A stretch of DNA of 64,000 bases from Octopus vulgaris (lineage: Eukaryota): assembly GCA_951406725.2 (NCBI GenBank), contig OX597834.1, positions 13,578,001 to 13,642,000 on the forward strand, in the 5' to 3' direction. This document shows, piece after piece, positions 1 through 14,774 of this stretch. The notes below the pieces were generated by a model that was given only the letters and a program-made list of their open reading frames with translations, did not search any database and had not been told where the DNA came from. Position 1 is the stretch's first letter; every line of letters starts with the position of its first letter. A program made the translations under genes and the position numbers.

Positions 1-643
1 CCAAATGTACTGTGCTTATATATGCAAAACACGGATTAATATTCTCTTCTGCGTATAAAGCCAGAAGCTAGTATGATGCTCTTGCTCCAACATTGTCATA
101 TACACAGCGTTTTATTTTTTCCAAATTAATCAGCTTCAGATATTTAAACATGTCGCCTAAGCGCTTATCATCCCCACCGAAAAAAAAAAAAAAGAAAAAA
201 TTTGTGCTGGAATACATAAGACAGTTTTCCCTTAGCTTGCCTCTTGGTGTATGACGTGTTGCTGTGAGGATACAATAACATGCTTTACATTAACTTGGCT
301 TTGCGTGATGAAAAGAAAATTCACGCTGAGTGTCCTCACGAGGTGGAAGCAATCCTATACTGCTGTCTCCATTTGCAGCATTACCATCAGCATCGCGTTA
401 AACTTTGACGTTCGCATATTTCTTTTAAGGATTTACCACCAATGCTATGACATATAAACACTTCTTCACAGCAGTAGGAGAGATATTGGCCGTACTCGTT
501 AAAAATATGAAAGTTATTTTGGCTGAATTTCTCAATTATTGTATCACTTTTTCTCTGTTCGTCTGCACATTTGTTAATGTATAGATGTATGTATGTGTGT
601 ATACATGCAAGTATCAAAGTATCTATATGTGTAGGTATATATG

Positions 644-688
<45 letters not shown>

Positions 689-745
689 TACAGACATATA
701 CATATATACATATACATACATACATACATATATATAAATATATTA

Positions 746-897
746 GCCATGAAAGAACGCTAGCCAAAACACATTCTTTGATTTTTCTCCTTGTTTTTTT
801 TTTCTGTAGAAGAGCATAGCATCGAAACGTTAAATAGCTTTTCACTGTTTGTTGTCTACACCACCTGTCTGCGTCTTTTGTTTTTTTTGCGAATTCT
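746..897 (+). mobile_element. Short HHR-bearing non-autonomous element, family F (PLE pLTR/retrozyme-like), copy 1
   Basis: Aligns by eye with 37551-37745(-) and 63830-63996(+): gccatga.aga.cg.tagc, pyrimidine tract, TTT-CTGTAGA-A-GAGC-ata-GCaTC-GAAA-CGT-T-AAA (801-834), GT-rich tail. Confidence 0.6.
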
Positions 898-1085
898 CTC
901 TCTGTCTCTGTTTCTGTCTGTCTGTTTATCTCTCTCTCTCTCTCTTTCTCTCTCTCTCCGGAGTTTCTACCCTTGACAGGTCGCTTCAACCGTGTTTTCT
1001 GACGTGAATTTGCTACCCAGGTTTCGGTTAAACGAATTTTCCATGCTGACGATAAACATAGGATAATTCATTCACCTACTTAAAC

Positions 1086-1134
<49 letters not shown>

Positions 1135-1768
1135 CATACATATATATGCATATCCATACCGATAATATATAAAATGTATCAGGTTACAAACTGACACACA
1201 CACACACACACACATATATATGTATGCATGTATATATGTAAGCACACACGCATACACAAGTTGCGTTAACCAATGAGAAAACCAAAGGCGAGACAGGAAA
1301 GTACGCTAAGCGTAATAAGATATAATATAGCTTTTATATCCGAGTGGATATTACTGCAGCTATCGTATTTTCAGTCTCCAAAGAACGCTCACATTATTCG
1401 CTTTATCACTTCCTTTCATTGGAAGATCACAGCGGCTAATACATATGTTGGTTAGTTTCAGTAAATAAAAAAGAATTTTCTCCACGTCTGCGTGACATCT
1501 AACTAAAAATAAGTGTAATGATCTCATTTGCAATGAAAGGGTTCAATTTGTTATCGATATAATATATATTCACAGGGGAAACATACCGTCGGCTTTATCG
1601 TCATCGACAATAAAAAATCTCGGCACTTTGTAAATAAATAGCAAAAAAAATGATAGTAAATTAATTAAATATTCATAGATCGTCCGTCAGAGCTGAAAAT
1701 ATGGTTTTACGACAAACATAATCGGGGTAAATTACATAAAAATATACATGCATATCTGTGTGCACGTC

Positions 1769-1770
<2 letters not shown>

Positions 1771-1849
<79 letters not shown>

Positions 1850-1983
1850 TACTGTATATATGCCGTTTAGTCTATGTATGTCTCGAGACGTGTTCGTGAG
1901 AATATATTAATATATCTAAGTTTTTACGTGTATACTTATTTGTATGTGTGTATATATATAAATATTTAAATATAAATGCATAC

Positions 1984-2018
<35 letters not shown>

Positions 2019-2022
2019 CATA

Positions 2023-2097
<75 letters not shown>

Positions 2098-2202
2098 CCT
2101 GCATAAACACATAGGAATACACACATGCAGATATATATAATTTCGCACCATCCAATTTAAGCATATGTATATATGAAAATATATGTATATATACTCGTAC
2201 AT

Positions 2203-2282
<80 letters not shown>
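1771..2282. repeat. (TA)n microsatellite cluster, representative of dozens of (TA)n/(CA)n/(TACA)n tracts across the window
   Basis: Direct inspection; other large tracts near 9360-9580, 10020-10360, 17400-17760, 19320-19770, 38570-38970, 43620-43770, 61850-62140. Confidence 0.95.
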
Positions 2283-2285
<3 letters not shown>

Positions 2286-2717
2286 CACAGACACATACTT
2301 ATACTCAATTTCGGAGGAGTAGGAAATTTGGAACATATCATTCTACGTGTGATTTAAATATGTAAATATTAATGTCAAGAATGTAAATTCTGCTATATAA
2401 GAATTCTCTTGCAACTCGTTTTATTATTCGTATCCACATTCTCGTGTAATACTAAATGGTTGAATCGTCAAAGACCCCTCGATTCAGCAGCCGATGTTAC
2501 TGCATCTGTGGAAGCATAATGTTTTGTTTAATTGCCCTAAAGTGATTTCGCTATCTTCATGTTAATTTTATATCTATTATTTCGTCGTAGTCCGTCCTAA
2601 TGCAGCAAAGACCAGTGGTGTTTTGCAGAGTTTTAATAGCTATTAAACGGCTATGGATATTATTTAGTAACTATTCTCATGCATGCATACATACATATAT
2701 ATACATACAATCATATA

Positions 2718-3101
2718 TGGAAGCACTCCGTCGGTTACGACGATGAGGGTTCCGGTTGATCCGAATCAACGGAACAGCCTGCTCGTGAAATTAACGTGTA
2801 AGTGGCTGAGCACTCCACAGATACGTGTACCCTTAACGTAGTTCTCGGGGATATTCAGCGTGACACAGAGAGTGACAAGGCCGGCCCCTTGAAATACAGG
2901 TACAACAGAAACAGGAAGTAAGAGTGAGAGAAAGTTGTGGTGAAAGAGTACAGCAGGGATCACCACCATCCCCTGTCGGAGTCTCGTGGAGCTTTAGGTG
3001 TTTTCGCCCAATAAACACTCACAACACCCGTTCTGGGAATTGAAACCGCGATCCTATGACCGCGAGTCCGCTGCCCTAACCACTGGGCCATTGCACCTCC
3101 A
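2718..3101 (-). mobile_element. tRNA-derived SINE family A, full length (~385 bp)
   Basis: Reverse complement starts TGGAGG-GCAATGGCCCAGTGGTTAGGGCAGCGGACTCGCGGTC (A box) followed by a GGTTTC(G/A)ATTCC B-box-like motif; near-identical copies at 22924-23308 and 62451-62836. Confidence 0.9.
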
Positions 3102-3395
3102 CAAACATTTGTACACACTTACAGACAGACAGTTGGACATATATAGTTAAGGTAATGTAAATAATCACCGCTTATATAAATTGAATACTCTAAGATGATT
3201 AACAAGGCACCAAACTTTCGGTTAGTGAGTCGTTCCGTTGCTTCTGCTAGTTACTAATAAATACACACTCGTATATATACAAACATATATGTAATTCTCG
3301 CTCACTCACTCTCTAACTTTCTTAAAGATATATATATATATATATACACGCACACTCACACACACAGATTGTATTTGCATCAAATATATATGGTA

Positions 3396-3806
3396 TACTC
3401 TTTTACTCTTTTACTTGTTTCAGTCATTTGACTGCGGCCATGCTGGAGCACCGCCTTTAATCGAGCAACTCGACCCCGGGACTTATTGTTTTTGTAAGCC
3501 CAGTACTTATTCTATCGGTCTCTTTTGCTGAACCGATAAGTAACGGGGACATAAACACACCAGCATCGGTTGTCAAGCAATGCTAGGGGGACAAACACAG
3601 ACACACAAACAAACACACATACATATGTATATATACATATATACGACAGGCTTCTTTCAGTTTCCGTCTACCAAATCCAATCACAAGGCATTGGTCGGCC
3701 CGGGGCTATAGCAGAAGACACTTGCCCAAGATGCCACGCAGTGGGACTGAACCCGGAACCATGTGTTTGGTTAGCAAGCTACTTACCACACAGCCACTCC
3801 TGCGCC
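3396..3806 (-). mobile_element. tRNA-derived SINE family B (CORE-like segment, internal microsatellite, (GTAAAAGA)n tail)
   Basis: Head GGCGCAGGAGTGGCTGTGTGGTAAG...GGTTCAGTCCC, then TCTTGGGCAAGTGTCTT (CORE-like); about 15 copies in the window. Confidence 0.9.
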
Positions 3807-4877
3807 GTATGTTGACTTATAATTTAACACACTCACCGGTAAAATTTCCAGTTATTTCCTTTTTTATTTTTTCTAAAAATTTCATTGAGTCTTGCAACAT
3901 TGTCGATAGTTTTGACTGTCAGTTATTCACACTGCGTTCCTCTTTTTTCTTCTTTTTTGTTTTACATGTGTGTGGGTCAGAATCTTGCAAACGAAATCCC
4001 AAACCGAAATATATATAGTAGTTCGATTGTATTACAAATATAAATCTCATTCTCCAAATCTTCCTCTTGGGATGTTTCTTTTCTGAATGGAATCAAAGTA
4101 TATCCACCGGGCATGTTTTATTTTTATCGATTACATGTAAAATTATTGATATTTGTCACTTCGTGGCCGACAATACTTTGAGATTCAAATATAGTACAAG
4201 CAACACTATTTCTTGTGCCTTTTAGTAATAAACATTTAGTAAATTTTTATACTTTGAAAATGTTCCATCAGTATTGATCCCAATTTTCGAATGTAATCAT
4301 ATTTAAACCCGACCCCTTCCTGGGATCGTGTTTTCAAATTGGTTTGCTTTTTTCCCCCTTTGTCGGTCATTATTATTGCTGTTACTTCGTGTTGTACATG
4401 ACGTTGTTAGTCCTCCACCATCCCCGATTTTTCATGCGTAAGATTTAATTAAATTCATAAGTATGTCTTTAACTTCTAAATATCTTCCTCCAACGTGTTT
4501 TGTTCCTCACTTTCTTGCGGTCTACTAGAATTCTACAACTATTAATTCCTACCTGCACGCATATACATCGAGGTTATCTTCATTAACAAGATTCTGTTTC
4601 ATAGATTTCATTACAAATTATGGGTTCGCTAAATGGAGGCGTACTTCTAAGCTTACTTTGCTACACATGTTACTTCTTTCTACGTTTGTAATACGGAGAG
4701 ACCCCCGGGTCAATTTTGCTCAGTAGAATTCTCCTTGTTAATAGAAATATCCCAGTCTAAAGTTGAGCATCGGCAGCGTCTTCAAGGCGTTTAGATGTTT
4801 CATCCTCTTGCATAAGCAGAATCGTGTTTGTTGCGCAGACGAATCATTTTAGGTTTAAATGTTACGCAAAAAAAAAG

Positions 4878-5275
4878 AGGAGGCAGAGAACTGGCAGAAT
4901 CTTTAGCACGACGGACAAAATGTTTATCGGCGTTTGGTCCTTTATTTTCGGGATCGATAAAATAAGTAACAGATAAACACTGAGGCCAATGTAATCGAAT
5001 TACCCATTCACCAGAAACTGCTGGCCTTCTGCCAAAATTCACAATCAATATTACGCAACAAAAAAAGGCACTGAGATCGAAAAGTGGATTGCACGCTGGG
5101 CAATGACTTAGCGGCATTTCGTCTGTCTTTTAGACCTGAGTTCAAATTCCGCTGCAGCAGCCATAGCATTTCATCATTTCGAGGTCTATAAATCAAGTAC
5201 CAGTTGATTACTGGAGTCCTCGCAAAAAACTTACACCTTTCCCTGAACTTGAATGCCTTGCGCCAAAATTCGAAA
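4878..5275 (+). mobile_element. Degenerate SINE family C-related fragments (two pieces)
   Basis: gaactggcagaatctttagcac head; gagttcaaattccgc B box; tttcatcatttcgaggtctataaatcaagtaccagtt matches family C body. Confidence 0.6.
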
Positions 5276-6029
5276 CTAATATGACGCAACAAAAATTCTT
5301 CTGTCGATAGAAGAGATTAACTGGTCGCAAAAGAAGAGTTCTTGACCTTTATTTCCCTTAGAATCGTGTTTTTAATAACTGAAATATCTACGTCTAAATG
5401 GTCAACTTATTTTATATAATATAAAAAACACAGCATAAAAAACCGTTCATCTTCATCAACGATTTTAAATATTTATGATTTATTTTGAATTATTGGTTTA
5501 TTGGAAACGAATTAAAAATTAGTGACAGATTTCGAATTAAAAGTTTTTTTTTTTTTAAACATGAATTACAATTAAATATCTAGACTTTCTGTAAATCTTT
5601 TAATAATATTTTGAAATATTGGCAACACGAGTAGTTACACATGGCTACGTATAAGTACTTGATAGTTGACAAACATCCCTCTGACTTGATGTTATACAAA
5701 GAGCCACAAGGAGAAACTTCAATGCAAAGAATAGGCGGAAGTGGACAAGCTAATGAACTGCGAATCCCTATGATGCAACAATGATTGCTCCATCTTTATG
5801 TTATGCACAGAAAAATAAAGGATGAATATGGTTTGTTGGTGTTAGAAAAGAAACGTTGATACACACACACACACACACATACATACATACATATATAGAT
5901 ACATTCATACATACATAGGGCTGTATATGTGTATATAGGGAGAATTTACAAAAAAAAACAATATATATAAAAGTGTGTGTGTACATATGCATACATATGT
6001 GTATATATATGTACTTATACATACATGTG

Positions 6030-6075
<46 letters not shown>

Positions 6076-6373
6076 GTGTGTATGTGTGTGTATATAGATG
6101 ATAGGAAAACTCTTTCGTATTACATATTGAACATTACTGGTGCATTATATCCCAATGGGAGTTACAATGGATGCATATAGAATAAACATTTGGGACATCT
6201 CCAATTAGAAATTCATCAGAGAGCCAGTAATATATATATATATATATGTATGTATCATTTCTCATTGTGTTCAACATTTTTTAGTGTCCTTTACCCATAC
6301 ATGCATGTATATATACATGTAGATGTAGGTACGTACATATATGTATGTATATATGCATATATTTTATTTAATT

Positions 6374-6437
<64 letters not shown>

Positions 6438-7745
6438 TTGTGTGTGTGTGCTGTCTAAATATATTGTCTGTAATGAAAATTTCTTTTGGTGAACGCATTT
6501 GAGCAGCGTCATGTCTTTCTCTATACGAATGGATTTTGCTTATGTTAGATAAAACTCTACATAAATTTAATCCATCGTGGCTAACTTTACACAATTTTAA
6601 CTTAAATATGTCCAATTCTTATGTTGAACGAGGGTTCGGTACACATAGCTGATGAAAGACACCGATGTAGGAGCATACGCGTCCACCTATCAAACAATAT
6701 CCATCGCTTGGTATTGTGTGACTGCTCATATTACTTCCAGCCAATTTGTACAGCGTGTTTCATTCGAGTAGTAGGCGGTGATTTTGGCGAAGTATTAGCG
6801 TGCTGTACAAAATACATTCGTTTATTTGTAAGTTCAATGGTCATCGAGGTCGTCTGTTCCTTCCTTCACTCGAAATCGATAAATTTTAGGGAAATATGAA
6901 GTACTTTGTTCTATGTTACGTTATTAGTTTTTGTGACTTTGTTATAAGCGAACTTATCCCATTAATAGATACACTCATAATTTACACATACGCAGTCACA
7001 CATACGTGCGCGCGAGTGTTTGTGTGGTTCTGTATGTAAGCATGTCATAATTGTATTGCCATTGAAATATGGCTGTCAGGTAGTCCAATCTCCTTTGCTA
7101 CATGCGCATCTATGTCATTTCCCTAATGTTGTAAAATGTAGCTTTGTTGATTACTAACGCATTTTTATTTGATTTATATCCTCATGTATTTGATTTATAT
7201 CCTCTCAGGAAATCCATCATACATGCTCATTTCGAGAAAAAAAACAAACAATGTACAAAACTTTCTACAGGCTTACCACGCGTTGCAAACTAAAACTAAA
7301 ACAGACAAATGGAGTCACACTACATCAAAGAAAATTTTGTAGAAAACTATGTATATACACAACAGATTAATCTACATATATTTGTTTCACCTTTGCAATT
7401 CTCTACTTCCATCCACACTTAGGGGAAAAAACTGATTTTGCTTTATCTGTAAGTATGTGATATTATGAATCTCAATTTTGATTTTTATATTTCACTCTCT
7501 CTCCTGTTTTATAGAATTATTTTATCGTACATGTTTACTTCACTTCATTTCCTCCTCACGCTTGTTTTATATTATATGTTTTATATATATTTTATTCTCT
7601 CCCTTTTTGTAATACAATCGACATCTTTCTCTTTCTCTCTCTAAGTCTCAAAATAGGCTCTAATATAGTTGTACTTGGTTGATCATTCATGATTTTCCTT
7701 TCTTTCGTCTAACTAAAAATGTCTATGTGAAAAGTACTCAATAAG

Positions 7746-8100
7746 CATAGGCGTGACTGTGAGGTAAGTGGGTGGCTTCTCGGCTACAGGACTCTGGTTC
7801 CTGCGTAGATAATTGGACAAGTCTTCTCTACTTTAGTTTCTGACTCACCAAAGCCTTATTAGTGGGTTTGGTAAAAGGAAACGATAAAACGCGCGTCCTA
7901 CATATGTATTTGCGTGTGTGTTTGTTTGTCGCCACTTAACCTCTTGACAACCGGTTCTTGTATGCTTTCGTCGCTATAACTTAGCCGCTCGGCAAAAGAG
8001 ACCGATAGAATAAGTACCAGGCTTTAAAAATAAATAAATCCCAGAATCGGTGCCCCAGTATATCCGGAGTCTAATATCTGAAACATATAACAAGTAATAG
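7746..8100 (+). mobile_element. SINE family B, old diverged copy
   Basis: Contains cggcaaaagagaccgatagaataagtacc and a degenerate head and tail. Confidence 0.7.
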
Positions 8101-8358
8101 ACAAAAATTTATCAAATAATTCATTTACACAGGAACAATATGTGCCTATTAGACTCTCTCGAAAAACACACCTGATAATTACACTATTCAAATTTACCCA
8201 TTTTTATCACCGGCGATCACGCAAGCCACTTGCCACGCACCCACTCCTACAGCTATACACAAATATTACATACATATATACATATATATATAGTTGATAT
8301 ACGATTACAGATCTCCACAAACCGAATCTTTATGTGTGATAAGTAGAGGTGGATGACA

Positions 8359-8623
8359 TGTGTCATCTCTTGTGAAAGGTAAGAGAGTCCAGTTTGCTGG
8401 ACATTGTTGTAGAGCTGAAAAAGAGGTAATTTCTACTCTTTTCCTCTAGAAGCCATCTACTCGCAATACCAGAGGGCGCACACACTCCTACCCTGATGTA
8501 ATCTCCAGGGATACAGGCATCCAGCAACAGGACCTCCCTAATGCCATGATGGACCGTGAAGTCTGGCGTAGCATGGTAAATTCAATTGTGTCGACCACGG
8601 TCGAACAATGATAATGATGATGA
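8359..8623 (+). mobile_element. RTE-type LINE 3' end (5'-truncated) with (TGA)n tail
   Basis: Encodes VSSLVKGKRVQFAGHCCRAEKEVISTL...MMDREVWRSMV, resembling the RT C-terminal R..R..(W/F)AGH motif; near-identical to 49423-49683; carries a stop and a frameshift. Confidence 0.75.
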
Positions 8624-8959
8624 GAGCTGGAAATAGCACAGAAGTAATTCTAAGAAATTTCAATTTAAAAGGAAATTTAATAAAAAAAAAAAAAAAAAAT
8701 TTGAACCAAAAACAGTTTATCGTCAGAGTGGGGGAATCAACAAAATGTCTAGTGGAGTCCAAGCCATTTTCGTGACACCCCAAACAGAAGATAAACTGTT
8801 TTTACATCAAATTCAGATGAAGTTTTACTGATATTTCATAAGAAACCGAAAATATATTCTTTATCTTTTTTTAAAATCATTTTGAAGAAACTGCCTCATA
8901 AATAGAAATGTCTTACACTTAGTTCTGAGCTATTTCCACCTCCACCTTTATATGTGTAT

Positions 8960-9465
<506 letters not shown>

Positions 9466-10019
9466 GTATATATGTATATATATACATACATATCTATGTA
9501 TTCATATATATATGTATATTTATGTATATAAATGTATATATACATACATACACACACAGACACATATATATATATATTTGCCAATAATATTAACACGCGC
9601 AATCGTTCATTAGCAGTAGCTTCGTTTAGATTTCGTCAATTGGTTAAACGTGTAATTCGTCACCGTTCTCGTTCTGCTCAATGATTTAGCGACTATCCAT
9701 GTCGGTCCAAGGTCCCCTTTGATTAGTATGCTGTTGAATGTGTTTTGAGATTGATAACATAAATTAGCTCCCTATCCACAATGTGGAGTTCACCCTTCAG
9801 GGTAGATGCTTCAGGTGCGGAAGAAGAATATTTTTACATCAAGGACTATATTGCTTGCTTTAATCGTTTCCCTTGCTGTTCTTGCTTGTTCGCTTATCTA
9901 CTTTAAAAAATTTGGTATAAAGATGATGTTGCTCACGCTAATTGCATCTGCCCAGGCGGATACGTAGATAACTGTACTCATATCCGTGTTTTTATCTATA
10001 TATACCTATATACGTTCGC

Positions 10020-10083
<64 letters not shown>

Positions 10084-10192
10084 TATGTGTATGTACGTCT
10101 GTATGTGTGTGTATATATATTCAAACAAAATGTGCACGTTTACATGCATATATGTATATATATATATATATTCATATATATATATATATACG

Positions 10193-10266
<74 letters not shown>

Positions 10267-10308
10267 CATATATATGAGTATATACATATACATATTTATA
10301 TATAGAAT

Positions 10309-10355
<47 letters not shown>

Positions 10356-10358
<3 letters not shown>

Positions 10359-10380
10359 GATAGATAGATAGATAGATAAT

Positions 10381-10473
<93 letters not shown>
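10356..10473. repeat. (GATA)n microsatellite; others at 20342-20460, 29155-29230, 36700-36838, 57208-57332
   Basis: Direct inspection. Confidence 0.95.
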
Positions 10474-10474
<1 letters not shown>

Positions 10475-11795
10475 TAGAAGCACATATATATACGCATATA
10501 TACCCATCTGTTATGGACTGATAATTCGCTCTATATCGGCTCCCTAGATTTTTCCCCTCTGTACGATACTTCAAACAAAAATAAGAATATCCATTAATAT
10601 TGCATGAGTAATAGCTCGTTGTTTACAACCATTCATTTAACGTGATTGTATGAACAGTTGCAAATGTCGATCTATCGTTGGTTTAAACAGTATAAGCAAC
10701 GAATTGGAGACGACATAGAAGCGTGCCTTCTATTTCAATGATTGAAATAGATTCTCTGATACCGCCCTACCTATTATGTGGTTATTCCTTTAATCTTTTT
10801 TTTTTTCTGCAGACATCGCTATGTAATCAGGACTTGAACTTTGCTGCTATCGATAAACATTATTGAGGAAAGGATTAAGGAGGTCCTTTTTCTTTCGCGG
10901 CTGTTTTGTTTGTTTTGTCTGTTCTTTGTCGTTTTCGTTGCTGTTCTTGTTTATTCGCTTATCTACTGAGAAGAAAGAGGATTAAAGAAATAAACGCGAA
11001 TAAGTAGTCTAAAAGAAAATATGTGGACCGTATAGGAAGTCGCATGTAATTACTCTAGATAGAAAAGCAAAAAAAGGAGCGACTGAGTATTTGTGCGGAA
11101 TTAGATTGAGTAAAAAAAATATAAGAAAATGCAGGCAGATCGTAAGAGAGGGAGAGAAAAGAAGAATCGTGAGAGACAGAATGAGTGAGTGGCAAACACA
11201 GATGCAGTAGAACCATTGAAAGGGAGACAAAGAAAATAGGAGAAGCGTGTGAGAGTAAGGAAAATAGAGCGCTCGTGACGAGAAGTAGAAAGGGAATGTG
11301 AGTGAATATATTTTAATATGAATAAAGAAAAGTGATAGATAATAATAGAAAGAATAGGGACAATTTTGGAAATTAACAAAGAAATAAATTAAGAAACAAA
11401 TAAGAGATATTAGAGAAATCTAAGGTGAAAAAATAAGCGATATCTAAGGTAAAAAAATAAAGTAATCGAAATAAGAAAGTTTTAACAAAACGATGCAAGT
11501 TTAGAATAGAAATGAACTAAAACGTCGAAGAATAAAACGAAAAAAGATAATCAAATTAGAAATTTAGTAACGTTGTTGCATTTTATTTTAATCAAGGGAA
11601 ATAAAAAAAAGGAGTGAAAAAAAGGGGAAGAGGAATTAAATCAAGAAAACAACGAAGAGAGGAAAACAGAAGACTGTAAGAATTTAGATGTTAGCATGTT
11701 TTCCATGGTATGAGGAACCAGGAGAAAATGAGCGTGAATGAAAAATTTCGCAGCAAAATACAAAACTGCGAGGGAAGAACATCACAAGTACTTAT

Positions 11796-11908
11796 ATGGT
11801 TCCAGTCCCACTGCGTGGCATCTTGGGCAAGTGTCTTCTGCTATAGCCCCGGGCCGACCTATGCCTTGTGAGTGGATTTGGTAGACGGAAACTAAAAGAA
11901 GCCTGTCG

Positions 11909-11941
<33 letters not shown>

Positions 11942-12187
11942 ATATATATGTGTGTGTTTGTGTTTGTGTGCCTGTGATTGTCCCCCCTAGCATTGCTTGA
12001 CAACCGATGCTGGTGTGTTTACGTCCCCGTCACCTAGCGGTTCGGCAAAAAGAGACCGATAGAATAAGTACTGGGCTTACAAAGAATAAGTCCCGGGGTC
12101 GATTTTGCTCGACTAAAGGTGGTGCTCCAGCATGACCGCAGTCAAATGACTGGAACAAGTAAAAGAAAGAAAGAAAGAAAGAAAGAA
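11796..12187 (+). mobile_element. SINE family B, 5'-truncated, (GAAA)n tail
   Basis: High similarity to 15577-15992. Confidence 0.9.
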
Positions 12188-12397
12188 TATGTAACGCTAA
12201 TCGAAAGAAAATAAAACGGGTGTCTTCATTGTTATATTTATGTTTTATTTGTTTTCTTACCGATTGCTCAATCTACATAAAGGTCGCACAACTATTGAAG
12301 GTACACACAAGGTGAGCGTACCTCATATTTTTTCAAATATTTAACGAAGATGGTTAAACCCCTTTAATGCTGTTTACTAATAGCATATGAATATGCT

Positions 12398-12520
12398 TTT
12401 TATTCTCTTACTTGTTTCAGTCATTTAACTCTGGCCATGCTGGAACTCCACCTAGAAGTGTTTTTGTTGAACAAATCAACCCCAGGACTTATTTCTTTAG
12501 TTTAGTACTTATTATATTGG
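12398..12520 (-). mobile_element. SINE family B 3' fragment
   Basis: tacttgtttcagtcatttaact...ggccatgctgga...cccaggacttatt. Confidence 0.75.
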
Positions 12521-12531
12521 CGTCTACATAA

Positions 12532-12764
12532 AAGGCGGCGAACTGGCAGAAACGTTAGCACGCCGGGCGAAATGCGTAGCCGTATTTCATCTGTCGTTAC
12601 GTTCCGAGTTCAAATTCCGCCGAGGTTGACTTTGCCTTTCATCCTTTCGAGGTCGATAAATAAAGTAACTGTTTCGCGCTGGGGTCGTTGTAATCGACTT
12701 AATCCCTTTGTCTGTCCTTGTTTGTCCCCTCTGTGTTTAGCCTCTTGTAGGGAATAAAGAAATA
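12532..12764 (+). mobile_element. tRNA-derived SINE family C monomer (~232 bp)
   Basis: AGGCGGCGAACTGGCAGAAACG head, GAGTTCAAATTCC B box, GCCTTTCATCCTTTCG..GTCGATAAA..AAGTA body (Meta/MESC-like from recall); candidate TSD tatattggcgt at 12513-12523 and 12765-12775. Confidence 0.9.
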
Positions 12765-13007
12765 TATATTGGCGTATTCTGTATGTGTGTGCATGCTTTA
12801 ATGTATGAATACGTATCAATGTTTGCGTATTTGTGGCAGTCAGCCAGATATTGGTTGTAATGTAAGTAAGAATAACATTAAAAATTATGTCTTTAATATG
12901 CTCCAGTATAAAGCAGAAATTTTAAAATGTTATACACATCCCTTCCAGAAATAATGATATTTTGCCCGGGGTTATATAGTTAATTTTAGAAACATTCTAA
13001 AGTACAT

Positions 13008-13424
13008 TTTCTCTTTCACTCTTTTACTTGTTGCAGTCACTTGACTGTGGCCATGCTGGAGCACTGTTTTAGTCCAGCACATCGATCCCCAGGACTTATT
13101 CTTTGGAATACTAGTACTTACTCTATCGGTCTCTTTTGCCGAACAGCTATGTTACGGGAACGTAAACACACCAGCTTCGTTTGTCAAGCGATGTTGTCGT
13201 GTGTGTGGGGGAACAAACTCAGACAGACAAACACATACACACACATATATATACATATACACGACAGGCTTCTTTCAGTTTCCGTCTACCAAATCCACCC
13301 ACAGGGCTTTGGTCATCACGAGGCTTTAGTAGAAGACACTTTGCCAAAGTACGACGAGTGAGACTGAACCTGGAACATTGTGGTTGGTAAGCAAGCTACT
13401 TAAAACGTAGCCACTCCTACGCCT
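13008..13424 (-). mobile_element. SINE family B, full length
   Basis: Colinear with 3396-3806. Confidence 0.88.
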
Positions 13425-13690
13425 AAATAATTTCCAAGGGATTGTTTTATGTGGAAGAACGTACAAATAAAAAGCAACGTACAAATAAAATCGACATTTT
13501 TTATACACAATCGCGGTTACGAATTGTTTAATTAATGAAACAAAATCTGGGAAAATAATGGCAAATATCGAGTAACAGCCTTGAAATGTTTCTGCAAAAT
13601 GCATAATGTCAGAAAACCAAGGCAGCATTGTATGCAGTGTGATAATTAATACGATTAAACACAAAATATTAACACACACACATACACACC

Positions 13691-13756
<66 letters not shown>

Positions 13757-14109
13757 TGTATGTATGAACGGATGTACCTAAGTGTGTATATATGTATTGG
13801 TAAAAATGATAGTTGCAATAATAGTAATAATAATAAGAGGAATTGTTGTTATAATGTTACTAAGAACAACAACAACAAGGTGGCAATTATATTCGTATAA
13901 TTACATTAACTATCAAAGTGTAAATATACATGATATTAAGCGCAAGCACACATCTACACACACAGGCATACATTAACACCGTCCACACACATCACACATA
14001 TACATCTATATCTATACACACACTCGCATATATGTATATATCCATTTATCTGACATATATATATATATATATATATATATGCATGTATATATTTATGGAT
14101 ATATATGTA

Positions 14110-14145
<36 letters not shown>

Positions 14146-14774
14146 AATATATATAATATATATATATATATTTATATGTATATATATGTATATATATATA
14201 TATATACATATATGTATGTATACTTATATATGCATAATACATATGTATAGAATTATGTATGTATATATGTTTGTGTATATGTAATATATACATATGTACG
14301 TGTATGGGTGCGTGTGTAAATATGTACGTGTGTATACATACATATATGCATATATAAATATAGGAATGTGGAAGTGAGGTGAAGGCGAGGAGATAAATCA
14401 GTGAGCTGTCGTTAATTCCGATTGTCAGATGATAAACAGTAAGCAATTAAAAAACTCACTAATTGCATACAGAGTAATTTACTGTCCAATTCCGATAACA
14501 TATGTGGAATTGATGTTACACAGGAATATTTTTTTTCTAGTAGCTGGCCAAAATATGGTGGGCGGTAGATCTCTGAAAAAGATTGTGCACGTGAGATGGT
14601 GACTATTCTCAAGACATACAGCAACGTTGTTCTCAGGATTCGAGTGAAATACAGGTGAAAAGGAATAAAATACTTAGCAGTGTAAAAATAAATCAAATTC
14701 TTTGTGGTGATATTGACGTATCTTTTTATAACTAGGAAGTAAGTGATGTGAGATGTGTTGTGAAGATTGCGTTG

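Noticed and set aside
2766-2969. Recurrent 67-aa ORF MVVIPAVLFHH (also 23057, 62534) and MSSNARG ORFs
   Set aside because: Recurrence reflects SINE copy identity, not protein conservation.
6649-6700. Isolated CTGATGA heptamers (also near 31813, 59447, 60571, 60733)
   Set aside because: No stem II plus GAAA-stem III-UH and no stem I pairing, so they are not hammerheads.
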